Positions 1-12,113 of a DNA stretch of 64,000 bases are shown here, piece after piece. The notes beneath the pieces are model-generated. The model worked only from the letters and a program-made list of their open reading frames with translations. It made no database searches and had not been told where the DNA came from. Each line of letters begins with the position of its first letter. The first letter of the stretch is position 1. The stretch lies in the NCBI RefSeq assembly GCF_009914755.1, contig NC_060929.1; one strand, 5' to 3'. The translations under genes were made by a program, and so were the position numbers. Source of the DNA: the human T2T-CHM13v2.0 reference genome, Homo sapiens.

Positions 1-3000
1 GAAATCTGGCCACTGGGCCAAGGAATGCCCGCAGCCCGGGATTCCTCCTAAGCCGCATCCCATCTGTGTGGGACCCCACTGAAAATCAGAATGTTCAACT
101 CACCTGGCTGCCACTCCCAGAGCCCGTGGAACTCTCGCCCAAGGCTGTCTGACTGACTCCTTCCCAGATCTTCTTGGCTTAGCTGCTGAAGACTGACACT
201 GCTGGATCGCCTCAGAAGCCCCCTAGACCATCATGGACGCCGAACTTTGGGTAACCCTCACAGTGGAAGGTAAGCCCATCCCCTTCTTAGTCAATACGGA
301 GGCTACCCACTCCACATTACCTTCTTTTCAAGGGCCTGTTTCCCTTGCCTCCATAACTGTTGTGGGTATTGACAGCCAGGCTTCTAAACCTCTTAAAACT
401 CCCCAACTCTGGTGCCAACTTAGACAGTACTCTTTTAAGCACTCCTTTTTAGTTATCCCCACCTGCCCAGTTCCCTTATTAGGCTGAGACACTTTAACTA
501 AATTATCTGCTTCCCTGACTATTCCTGGACTACAGCTATATCTCATTGCTGCCCTTCTTCCCAATCCAAAGCCTCCTTTGCGTCCTCCTCTTGTATCCCC
601 CCACCTCAACCCACAAGTATAAGATACCTCTACTCCCTCCTTGGCGACCGATCATGCACCCCTTACCATCTCATTAAAACCTAATCACCCTTACCCCACT
701 CAATGCCAATATGCCATCCCACAGCATGCTTTGAAAGGATCAAAGCTTGTTATCACTCACCTGCTACAGCATGGCCTTTGAAAGCCTATAAACTCTCCTT
801 ACAATTCCCCCATTTTACCTGTCCTAAAACCAGACAAGCGTTACAAGTTAGTTCAGGATCTGCACCTTATCACCCAAATTGTTTTGCCTATCCACCCCGT
901 GGTGCCAAACCCATATACTCTTCTATCCTCAATACCTGCCTCTAAAACCCATTATTCTGTTCTAGATCTCAAACATGCTTTCTTTACTATTCCTTTGCAC
1001 CCTTAATCCCAGCCTCTCCACTTTCACTTGGACTGACCCTGACACCCATCAAGCTCAGCAAATTACCTAGGCTGTACTGCCGCAAAGCTTCACAGACAGC
1101 CCCCATTACTTCAATCAAGCCCAAATTTATTCCTCATCTGTTACCTATCTCAGCATAATTCTCATAAAAACACACGTGCTCTCCCTGCCAATCCTGTCCG
1201 ACTGATCTCTCAAACCCCAGCACCTTCTACAAAGCAACAACTCCTTTCCTTCCTAGGCATGGTTAGTGTGGTCAGAATTCTTACACAAGAACCAGGACCA
1301 CACCCTGTAGCCTTTCTGTCCAAACAACTTGACCTTACTGTTTTAGCCTAGCCCTCATGTCTGCGTGCAGCGGCTGCCACTGCTTTAATACTGTTAGAGG
1401 CCCTAAAAATCACAAAATATGCTCAACTCACTCTCTACATTTCTCATAACTTCCAAAATCTATTCTCTTACTCGTACCTGACGCATATACTTTCTGCTCC
1501 CCGGCTCCTTCAGCTGTATTCACTCTTTAAAGTCCCACAATTACCATTGTTCCTACCCGGACTTCAATCTGGCCTCTCACATTATTCCTGATACCACACC
1601 TGACCCCCATGACTGTATCTCTCTGATTCACCTGATATTCACCCCATTTCCCCATATTTCCTTCTTTCCTGTTCCTCACCCTGATCACGCTTGATTTATT
1701 GCTGGCGGTTCCACCAGGCCTAATCGCCACACACCAGCAAAGGCAGGCTATGCTATAGTACAAGCCACTAGCCCGCCTCTCAGAAACTCTCATTTCCTTT
1801 CCATCATGGAAATCTATCCTCAAAGGAAATAACTTCTCAGTGTTCCATCTGCTATTCTACTACTCCTCAGGGATTATTCAGGCCCCCTCTCTTGCCTACA
1901 CATCAAGCTCGAGGATTTGCCCCTACCCAGGACTGGCAAATTAGCTTTACTCAACATGCCTGAGTCAGGAAACTAAAATACCTCTTAGTCTAAATAGACA
2001 CTTTCACTGAATAAGTAAAGGCCTTTCCTACAGGGTCTGAGAAGGCCACTGCAGTCATTTCTTCCCTTCTGTCAGACATAATTCCTCAGTTTAGCCTTCC
2101 CACCTCTGTACAGTCTGATAACAGACCAGCCTTTATTAGTCAATTCAGCCAAGCAGTTTTTCAGGCTCTTAGTATTCAGTGAAACCTTTATATCCCTTAC
2201 GGTCCTCCGTCTTCAGGAAAAGTAGAATGGACTAAAGGTCTTTTCAAAACACACCTCACCAAGCTCAGCCACCAACTTAAAAAGGACTGGACAATACTTT
2301 TACCACTTTCCCTTCTCAGAATTCAGGCCTGTCCTCGGAATGTTACAAGGTACAGCCCATTTAAGCTCCTGTATAGACACTCCTTTTTATTAGGCCCCAG
2401 TCTCATTCGACACCAGACCAACTTAGACTGTGCCCCAAAAAAACTTGTCATCCCTACTATCTTCTGTCTAGTCATACTCCTATTCACTGTTCTCAACTAC
2501 TCATACATGCCCTGCTCTTGTTTACACTGCCAGTTTACACTGTTTCTCCAAGCCATCACAGCTGATATCTCCTGGTGTTATCCCCAAACTGCCACTCTTA
2601 ACTCCTGAAGTAAATAAATAATCTTTGCTGGCAGGACTATGCTGAATCTCCTTAGGCACTCTCTAATCAGATATCCTGAGTCGTCCCAATTCTTAGACCT
2701 TTTATACCTGTTTTTCTCCTTCTGTTATTCCATTTAGTTTTTCAATTCATCCAAAACTGTATCCAGGCCATCACCAATCATTCTATACGACAAATGTTTC
2801 TTCTAACATCCCCACAATATCACCCCTTACCACAAGACCTCCCTTCAGCTTAATCTCTCCCACTCTAGGTTCCCACACCGCCCCTAATCCCGCTTGAAGC
2901 AGCCCTGAGAAATATCACCCATTCTCTCTCCATACCACTCCCCAAAAATTTTCGCCGCCCCAACACTTCAACACTGTTTTATTTTTCTTATTAATATAAG

Positions 3001-3010
3001 AAGGCAGGAA
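1..3010 (+). mobile_element. HERV-H internal region, copy 1 (gag 3' end, pro, deleted pol, env remnant); continues upstream of the window
   Basis: Protease-like frame 233-487 (PIPFLVNTEATHSTLP...PTCPVPLLG), RT/RNaseH/IN remnants with stops and frameshifts, purine tract ataagaaggcaggaa directly before LTR7. Confidence 0.95.
233..487 (+). pseudogene. HERV-H protease remnant (catalytic DTGA reads NTEA; premature stop)
   Basis: ORF translation FLVNTEATHSTL and CPVPLLG followed by a stop where copy 2 reads R. Confidence 0.85.
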
Positions 3011-3467
3011 TGTCAGGCCTCTGAGCCCAAGCCAAGCCATCGCATCCCCTGTGCAAGCATCCCCTGTGACTTGCACGTATGTGCCCAGATGGCCTGAAGT
3101 AACTGAAGAATCACAAAAGAAGTGAATATGCCCTGCCCCACCTTAACTGATGACATTCCACCACAAAAGAAGTGTAGATGGCCGGTCCTTGCCTTAACTG
3201 ATGACATTACCTTGTGAAAGTCCTTTTCCTGGCTCAAAAAGCACCCCCACTGAGCACCTTGCGACCCCCACTCCTGCCCGCCAGAGAACAAACCCCCTTT
3301 GACTGTAATATTCCTTTACCTACCCAAATCCTATAAAACGGCCCCACCCTTGTCTCCCTTCGCTGACTCTCTTTTCGGACTCAGCCCGCCAGCACCCAGG
3401 TGAAATAAACAGCCATGTTGCTCACACAAGCCTGTTTCGTGGTCTCTTCACACGGATGCGCATGAAA
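3011..3467 (+). mobile_element. LTR7 (HERV-H LTR, LTR7up-like), 457 bp
   Basis: Starts tgtcaggcctctgagcccaagcc, ends gcgcatgaaa; TATAAAA 3332-3338; AATAAA 3404-3409; ACAAAAGA at 3113 and 3163. Confidence 0.95.
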
Positions 3468-4500
3468 CCAATCCCTTATTTCCGCACCCCAACCTCTTAT
3501 CTCTGTGCCCCAATCCCTTATTTCCATGCCCCAACCCCTTCTCTGCTTTTCTGCAGGGCTAGAACCCCCCACCCCTTCTCCATGTCTCTACTCTTTTCTC
3601 TGGGCTTGCCTCCTTCACTATGGGTAAGATTCCACCTTCCATTCCTCCTTCTTCTCCCTTAGCCTGTCTTCTCAAAAACTTAAAACCTCTTCAACTCGCA
3701 CCTGACCTAAAACCTAAATGCCTTATTTTCTTCTGCAATGCCGCTTGACCCCAATACAACTCGACAGTAGTTCCAAATAGCCAGAAAATGGCAGTTTCAA
3801 TTTTTCCATCCTACAAGATCTAAATAATTCTTGTCGTAAAATGGGCAAATGGTCTGAGGTGCCTGACGTCCAGGCATTCTTTTATACATCAGTCCCTCCC
3901 TAGTCTCTGTGCCCAGTGCAACTCGTCCCAAATCTTCCTTCTTTCCCTCCCGCTTGTCCCCTCAGTCCCAACCCCAAGCGGCGCTGAGTCTTTCTAATCT
4001 TCCTTTTCTACAGACCCATCTGACCTCTCCCCTCCTCACTAGCCTAAGCTAGGTCCCAATTCTTCCTCAGCCTCCGCCCCTCCACCCTGTAATCTTTTTA
4101 TCGCCTCCCCTCCTCACACCTGGTCTGGCTTACAGTTTCATTCTGTGACTAGCCCTCCCCCACCTACACAGCAATTTACTCTTAAAAAGGTGGCTGGAGC
4201 CAAAGGCATAGTCAAGGTTAATGCTGCTTTTTCTTTATTCCAAATCAGATAGCGTTTAGGCTCTTTTTCATCAAATATAAAAACCCAGCCCAGTTCACAG
4301 CTCGTTCGGCAGCAACCCTGAGAGGCTTTACAAGCCTAGACCCTAAAAGGTCAAAAGGCCATCTTATTCTCAATATACATTTTATTACCCAATCTGCTCC
4401 CGACATTAAATAAAACTCCAAAAATTAGAATCTGGCCCTCAAACCCCACAACAGGACTTATTAACCTCACCTTTAAGGTGTACAATAATGAAAAAAAAAG

Positions 4501-4830
4501 TTGCAATTCCTTGCCTCCACTGTGAGACAAACCCCAGCCACATCTCCAGCACACAAGAACTTCCAAATGCCTGAACCGCAGTGGCCAGGCGTTCCTCCAG
4601 AACCTCCTCCCACAGGAGATTGCTACAAGTGCCAGAAATCTGGCCACCAGGCCAAGGAATGCCTGCAGCCCAGGATTCCTCCTAAGCTGTGTCCCATCTG
4701 TGCGGGACCCCACTGGAAATCGGACTGTTCAACTCACCTGGCAGACACTCCCAGAGCCCCTGGAACTCTGGCCCAAGGCTCTCTGACTGACTCCTTCCCA
4801 GATCTTCTCGGCTTAGCAGCTGAAGATTGA
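4501..4830 (+). pseudogene. HERV-H Gag C-terminal/nucleocapsid remnant with two Cys-His boxes
   Basis: CYKCQKSGHQAKEC (CX2CX4HX4C) and CPICAGPHWKSDC in the ORF translation. Confidence 0.9.
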
Positions 4831-4896
4831 CGCTGCCCAATCGCCTCAGAAGCCCCGTAGACCATCATGGACGCCAAACTTTAGGTAACTCTCACA

Positions 4897-5256
4897 GTGG
4901 AAAGTAAGCCCGTCCCCTTCTTAATCAATACGGAGGCTACCGACTCCATGTTACCTTCTTTTCAAGGGCCTGTTTCCCTTGCCTCCATAACTGTTGTGGG
5001 TATTGATGGCCAGGCTTCTAAACCTCTTAAAACTCCCCAACTCTGGTGCCAACTTAGACAACACTCTTTTATGCACTCTTTTTTAGTTATCCCCACCTGC
5101 CCAGTTCCCTTATTAGGCCGAGACACTTTAACTAAATTATCTGCTTCCCTGACTATTCCTGGATTACAGCTGCATCTCATTGCTGCCCTTCTTCCCAATC
5201 CAAAGCCTCCTTTGCATTCTCCTCTTGTATTCCCCCAGCTTAACCCACAAGTATAA
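4897..5256 (+). pseudogene. HERV-H protease remnant, copy 2
   Basis: FLINTEATDSMLP...PTCPVPLLGRDTLTKL. Confidence 0.85.
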
Positions 5257-7612
5257 GATACCTCTACTCCCTCCTTGGTGACTAATCATGCACCCCTTAC
5301 CATCTCATTAAAACCTAATCACCCTTACCTCACTCAATGCCAATATCCCATCCCACAGCATGCTTTGAAAGGATCAAAGCTTGTTATCACTCACCTGCTA
5401 CAGCATGGCCTTTGAAAGCCTATAAACTCTCCTTACAATTCCCCCATTTTACCTGTTCTAAAACCAGACAAGCCTTACAAGTTAGTTCAGGATCTAAGCC
5501 TTATCAACCAAATTGTTTTGACTATCCACCCCATGGTGCCAAACCCATATACTCTCCTATCCTCAATACCTCCCTCCACGATCCATTGTTCTGTTCTGGA
5601 TCTCAAACATGCTTTCTTTACTATCTTTGCACCCGTCTTCCCAGCCTCTCTTCGCTTTCACGTGGACTGACCCTGACACCCATTAGGCTCAGCAAATTAC
5701 CTGGGTTGTTCTGCTGCAAGGTTTCACAGACAGCCTCCATTACTTCAGTCAAGCCCAAATTTCATCCTCATCTGTTACCTATCTTGGCATAATTCTCATA
5801 AAAACACAACACAAGTGCTTTCCCTGTTGATCGTGTCCAATTAATCTCCCAAACCCCAATCCCTTACAAAACAACTCCTTTCCTTCCTAGGCATGGTTAG
5901 TGTGGTCAGAATTCTTACACAAGAGCGAGGACCACACCCTGTAGCCTTTCTGTGCGAACAACTTGACCTTACTGTTTCAGCCTAGCCCTCATGTCTCCGT
6001 ACAGCGGCTGCTGTCGCCCTAATATTTTAGAGGCCCTAAAAATCACAAACTATGCTCAACTCACTCTCTACATTTCTCATAACTTCAGAAATCTATTTTC
6101 TTCCTTATTCCTGATGCATATACTTTCTGCTCCCTGGCTCCTTCAGCTGTACTCACTCTTTGTTAAGTCTCCCACAATTACCATTGTTCCCGGCACGGAC
6201 TTCAATCCGGCCTCTCACATTATTCCTGATACCACACCTGACCCCCATGACTGTATCTCTCTGATCCACCTGACATTCGCCCCATTTCCCCATATTTCCT
6301 TCTTTCCTGTTCCTCACCCTGATCGCGCTTGATTTATTGATGGCAGTTCCACCAGGCCTAATCGCCACACACCAGCAAAGGCAGGCTATGCTGTAGTACA
6401 AACCACTAGCCCACCTCTTAAAACCTCTCATTTCCTTTCCATCGTGGAAATCTATCCTCAAGGAAATAACTTCTCAGTGTTCCATCTGCTATTCTACTAC
6501 TCCTCAGCAATTATTCAGGCCCCCTCCCTTCCCTACACATCAAGCTTGAAGATTTGCCCCTACCCAGGACTGGCAAATTAGCTTTACTCAACATGCCCTC
6601 AGTCACAAAAACTAAAATACCTCTTAGTCTAAGTAGACACTTTCAGTAGACAGGTAGAGGCCTTTCCTACAGGGTCTGAGAAGGCCACCGCAGTCATTTC
6701 TTCCCTTCTGTCAGACATAATTCCTCAGTTTAGCCTTCCCACCTCTGTACAGTCTGATAACAGACCAGCCTTTATTAGTCAGATCAGCCAAGCATTTTTT
6801 CAGGCTCTTAGTATTCAGTGACAGACTAGTGGTCTATTAAAAACACACCTCACCAAGCTCAGCCACCAACTTAAAAAGGACTGGACAATACTTTTACCAC
6901 TTTCCCTTCTCAGAATTCAGGCCTGTCCTTGGAATGCTACAGGGTACAGCCCATTTAACCTCCTGTATAGACACTCCTTTTTATTAGGCCCCAGTCTCAT
7001 TCCAGACACCAGACCAACTTAGACTGTGCCCCCCAAAAAACTTGTCATCCCTACTATCTTCTGTCTAGTCATGCTCCTATTCACCATTCTCAACTACTCA
7101 TACATGCCCTGCTCTTGTTTACACTGCCGGTTTACACTGTTTTTCCAAGCCATCACAGCTGATATCTCCTGGTGCTATCCCCAAACTGCCACTCTTACTT
7201 CTTGAAGTAAATAAATAATCTTTGCTGGCAGGACTATGCTGAATCTCCTTAGGCACTCTCTAATCAGATATCCTGAGTCGTCCCAATTCTTAGAACTTTT
7301 ATATCTGTTTTTCTCCTTCTGTTATTCCATTTAGTTTCTCAATTCATCCAAAACCGTATCCAGGCCTTCACCAATCATTCTATACGACAAATATTTCTTC
7401 AAACATCCCCACAATATCACCCCTTACCACAAGACCTCCCTTCATCTTAATCTCTCCCACTCTACGTTCCCACGCCACCCCTAATCCCGCTTGAAGCAGC
7501 CCTGAGAAATATCACCCATTCTCTCTCCATACCACTCCCCAAAAATTTTTGCCGCCCCAACACTTCAACACTATTTTGTTTTATTTTTCTTATTAATATA
7601 AGAAGGCAGGAA

Positions 7613-8065
7613 TGTCAGGCCTCTGAGCCCAAGCCAAGCCATCGCATCACCTGTGACTTGCACATATATGCCCAGATGGCCTGAAGTAACTGAAGAATCA
7701 CAAAAGAAGTGAATATGCCCTGCCCCATCTTAACTGATGACATTCCACCACAAAAGAAGTGTAAATGGCCGGTCCTTGCCTTAAGTGATGACATTACCTT
7801 GTGAAAGTCCTTTTCCTGGCTCATCCTGGCTCAAAAAGCACCCCCACTGAGCACCTTGCGACCCCCACTCCTGCCCGCCAGAGAACAAACCCCCTTTGAC
7901 TGTAATTTTCGTTTACCTACCCAAATCCTATAAAATGGCCCCACCTTTATCTCCCTTCGCTGACTCTCTTTTCGGACTCAGCCCGCCAGCACCCAGATGA
8001 AATAAACAGCCATGTTGCTCACACAATGCCTGTTTGGTGGTCTCTTCACAGGGACGCGCATGAAA
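7613..8065 (+). mobile_element. LTR7 (3' LTR, LTR7up-like), 453 bp
   Basis: tgtcaggcc...gcgcatgaaa; TATAAAA 7929-7935; AATAAA 8001-8006; ACAAAAGA at 7700 and 7750; followed by non-viral gtttg (candidate 5-bp TSD). Confidence 0.95.
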
Positions 8066-8210
8066 GTTTGTATCTAGTATCTAAATCTTTAGAGTAAGAT
8101 AGTCCTGGGACTAGGGAAAAATAAAAGCAAAAGAGAAAGAGCTGTTTTAGGTTATTCTGTATAGATCATGTTGTCTAGTAAGGACTTGCCTGATATTTTG
8201 CATATGCGGA

Positions 8211-8893
8211 TGTTACAGTAGGTAATCTAGTCAGACATGAGCAGGACAGGAGAGGGTCCCCACTGCCACACACCAGGAATATTAGGCAACCATCAGGTGA
8301 TGGTCAGGAGGTTGTTAAACTCACTCTAAAATTATAATTGATCACAGCTAGCACCAGTGAAAGGGAATCTCCCAGTAGATAAAAAATACATGAAGCTGGT
8401 GATCAACAGCCTTCCTATAAAATCTCAGGAGTGGGCACCTGGGGTCAAGCATGCTCATTAAGAGACAAAATGGTGGCGTTTAACTGGTATATGATCTTCT
8501 AGAGACAATTGACTGGTAAGCGAAGAATGTCTCAAGTGAGCATGCGTACAACTCCAGTAAACACACTGAGCATGCTGCCCTCCCAAGTGCCGGCAGGCCA
8601 CTGTGTGCATGCAGACAGCCCTCTCCAAGGAAAGAAAAGGGGAGAAGAGATGCAAGACCTCAGAAGCATGCCGGCATATAAAACTGTCAGTCAAAGGTCA
8701 AACTGCACACTTGATCACTCAAGTCACCTGCTTGGCCCTCTTCCAAGAGTACTTTACCTCCTTTCATTCCTGCTCTAAAGCTTTTTAACAAACTTTCACT
8801 CCTGCTCTAAAACTTGCCTCAGTTCCTCCTTCTGCTTTCTGCCTCCTCGAATTGAGGTTGCTACAGGCCTGTACAAATTTGCCACTGCTAACA
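8211..8893 (+). mobile_element. MER50-like ERV1 solo LTR
   Basis: tgttacagtaggta...gacatgagcagg...ccatcaggtgatggtcagg start; ends gccactgctaaca. Confidence 0.75.
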
Positions 8894-9224
8894 TAAACTT
8901 ATATACAGTTAAGGAAAAACTCATTTTATGGAGAAAATGACATAGTATGTATGAGATGTCTCCACATAATGCTGTTGTAAATGTTAAACGTACTAGTTGT
9001 GTGACTTTTTATATTGTATGACTTTTACATGCAACGTATAATGTTCTATATTAACTCATGGAAATTTTCAATTTTCTAATATTTGTGTATTCCCATTTCA
9101 GCAAAAAAAAAAAATAGTTTAAATGTATATTGTCCCTATTCATTGAAGATCTTCACCAGGAAAAAGATTTGAAATATAAAATTATGTAGAATATTGCTGG
9201 GGAAATATTAAAAGCACTATCTAC

Positions 9225-9810
9225 TGCCAACTCAGAATTCCTCTCCACAAAGGTTGAAGAGAAAAATAACTGCTTCATTATTGGATAAGCATAAGCCAGA
9301 ATGTGATGAGCAACACATTCTGTCTAGGCAATTGTTAAAGAGATTGCAGAGACAGAAAGAAAGCTTACCCTAGTATATAGTCAAGCAGATACAATCCATT
9401 GCATACAAGTATTCAAGGTAAGCCATAACCAGTCTCAAGTAAGAGGACTTGACAGCACCATTTGTCACATGTAGTTCCACCTAAATTTACCTAGTAATTG
9501 GGGTGACCGTTTGTGCTAATTGGCTTTGTCAAAAAAATTAAACTCATATCTTTATGATAGAAAGTAGCTTTGCAACTTGAGCAAGGCACACATTTGACTC
9601 CAGAAGAAATTGGGAGATAGGGGCTCTTTCCTCTTGATAACATTTTAGAGAGTTGGCTCTTAGACCCTTGAAGAAATATTCCTGGGTTGTAAAACTGAAA
9701 AGAGGGTCGTTTCACTTTTAAAATATTTATGAACATTGGAAAGAGGCAGAAGAAGACTTTAGAAATTTTCCAAAGTAAATGCTCAAAGAAAAAGGTAACT
9801 CCCTTTTTTA
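9225..9810 (-). mobile_element. Old ERV1 LTR (LTR37-like); boundaries approximate
   Basis: aagtaagaggacttgacagcaccatttgtcac...taattggggtgacc resembles the recalled LTR37 consensus. Confidence 0.5.
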
Positions 9811-10292
9811 AAATCATTTTTTATTAGATATTGTACTTACCCTTATACTATCCATATTTTAATAATATACACAAAATAAAGATTCCTTTTGTGATTACAT
9901 GATGTGAAACTTAATGCTTGCTTGTAATAATCAAGTGTATTTTTACCAACATTATTAAAGAGAGTAATTTATTGAGGAAAGTTTCATTCTGACAAAAAAA
10001 GTATTAAAAGCAATGAGAGATACTTACATTTGTATCAATAATAGAACTTCTTTCCTCACTGGTCAACTGAGTTCCTTCCCTACTTTGTATCAATCATAAA
10101 GAAAGAACATCCAATTGGAACAAAAGCCAAGCAGGTTTTATTTCTGGACAGAAATGGAGAAGGAGTGAGCTCTTATTCAGAAGACTCCTTTTTCCCAAGC
10201 AATAAAGGGTGTGAGGTTTTGAGGACTGGGTATGAGGAGGAAGAGGAATGTTAGCATGTGCAGTGTGGGACTCCAGATGCACAGGTTCAATT

Positions 10293-10973
10293 TATTACCA
10301 CCAAAAAGATTCTTCCTGCCCACTTCACAAATAAAGACCATGGCATTACAGTAACAAAAGAGTTTAGTTGACCCAAGGCTGGCCACTCCACACAGGAGAC
10401 AGAGTTATTACTCAAATCAATCTTGTCTCAGGCTCATAGGTTAGGAGTTTTTCAAAGGTAGTTTAGGGGAAAAGGTGGAGATAGCTAGAAATGGGTGCTT
10501 GCTGCTAATTGGTTGGGGTGGAGATGAAGTTGTAGGGAGTTGAAGCTGTTCTCTTGTACTAAATTTATTCTGGGTGGGACCACAGGAGCCATCTGTCAGT
10601 GGGTCCAGTTGGAGCCACGAGTGTCAAATGTGTAAAAATTCTGAAAAGATATCTCAAAAGGCCACTCTTAGATTCTACAACAGTGATGTTATCTGCAGGA
10701 CTTCCAAAATAATGGTTGACAATTATTGATGTCTACACCTTAGCAGAATTTAGGCTCCTCACCTCCCCCTGGCCTGCTGGCCTTTCATTAGATTTACAGA
10801 GGCAATTGAGTCTTGTGGAAGGGCTATTATCATTTAAACTATAACCTAAGTGTCTCTGACAGTTGCTTGGGCTGAAGCCCAAAGATAATTAAGGCAGCTT
10901 GAAAGCTAAAGGCAAAGTTGGGGTATGTTGGCTACAGCAGATCTCCCTGTTGATTTTTCCAAAGGCAGTTTCA
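10293..10973 (-). mobile_element. MER4-group ERV1 solo LTR (LTR8/LTR26-like)
   Basis: gagacagagttattactcaaatc motif; ends aaaggcagtttca; 4-bp TSD aatt (10289-10292, 10974-10977). Confidence 0.7.
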
Positions 10974-11356
10974 AATTTACAAACATACATCTTCATACAA
11001 ACTTTGTATACAAAATGACAAAGATTTTCTTTTAGGAGGAGAGAATTTTAGTATTATAATTATATGTTAATAATCTAAAGGCAGCTAGTGGTTGTCTGTT
11101 CCAGTTTGGGCCAGTTTGAGGGTCTTTCTCCCTTTGATATCTTGTCAGGGATCAAGAAGCTCTGGCACCATCCTGGACCATCTGGTTTCTATAAATATCT
11201 GTGCCTGTAAATAAGGCACTAAAGAAAAACGGTTATAAAAGTCCCTGGGAACACTTTTATAGGAATTGAAACTTAAATCCACGTTCAGACAAGAACATCA
11301 ATGTTTGACTATCTTTAGTTTCTTTGTCTCTAAGTATATAAAAATAGCGGCATTTT

Positions 11357-11656
11357 GCCAGGTGCAGTGGTCATGCCTGTAGTTCCAGCTACTCAGGAGG
11401 CTAAGGCAGGAGGATCACTTGAGTCCAAGAGATCTGGGCTGTAGCATGCTCTGCCAATCAAATGTCTGCATTAAGTTTGGCATCAGTATGGTAACCTCTG
11501 TGACGTGGGGGACCACCAGGTTGTCTAAGGAGGAATTAACCAGCCCAGGTCAGAAATAGCAGGTCAATTTTTGTGACAATCAGTACTGGGATTATGCCTG
11601 TCTATAGTCACTGCACTCCAGTTTGGGCAACATAGCAAGACCTCATCTCTAAAAAA
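11357..11656 (+). pseudogene. Full-length 7SL (SRP) RNA retropseudogene
   Basis: Alu-domain ends plus S-domain (ggggaccaccaggttgtctaaggagga...cccaggtcagaaa), which Alus lack; short A tail. Confidence 0.9.
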
Positions 11657-11673
11657 GCAACAATAAATAGCAG

Positions 11674-12113
11674 TGAAGGGGCTACATTGTCTGGGGTATA
11701 TATACCCTGGGGTTCATTGTCATGTGCCAGAAAAGTTTAGGACACAGGCACACATGAGGGATTTAAGAGTAGAGGTTTAACAGGCAGAAGAGAAGAGAAA
11801 GAGAAACCATAGAGAAAGGGGTCCATACAGAAAGAGGTCTCCAAATAGAAAGGACCAGTGGGCAGCGAATGCACCAGGTTTTATAGTCCAGTTTGAGGAG
11901 GTGGTGTCTGATTTACGTAGGGCTCACAGATCAGTTTGATCAGGTATGACATTTACATAGCACGTGGGGAAGGCTAGTAACCCTACCCTAATCTTCTTAT
12001 GCAAATGGGCTTTCCAGCTGATTGGTGCCATCTTGTCTGCTTCTTACTATACATGTGGCTGGCAGAGACAGAAGATGAAGCTGCCATCCTGAACATGGCT
12101 TGTCCCTAGTTCC
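11674..12113 (-). mobile_element. MER61-like ERV1 LTR, truncated
   Basis: tgaaggggctacattgtctggggtata...ccctaatcttcttatgcaaatggg; stops abruptly at gttcctg. Confidence 0.65.

Larger units (their letters stand above)
3468..7612 (+). mobile_element. HERV-H internal region, copy 2, lacking PBS and 5' leader
   Basis: Begins at ccaatcccttatttccg (mid-leader repeats); gag zinc knuckles, pro, pol remnants and PPT before LTR7 at 7613; colinear with copy 1 at an offset of about 4.6 kb (pos 1 = pos 4635). Confidence 0.95.

Noticed and set aside
5337-6332. ORFs in HERV-H pol
   Set aside because: Out-of-frame or fragmentary; the RT has deletions and stops, so no functional Pol.
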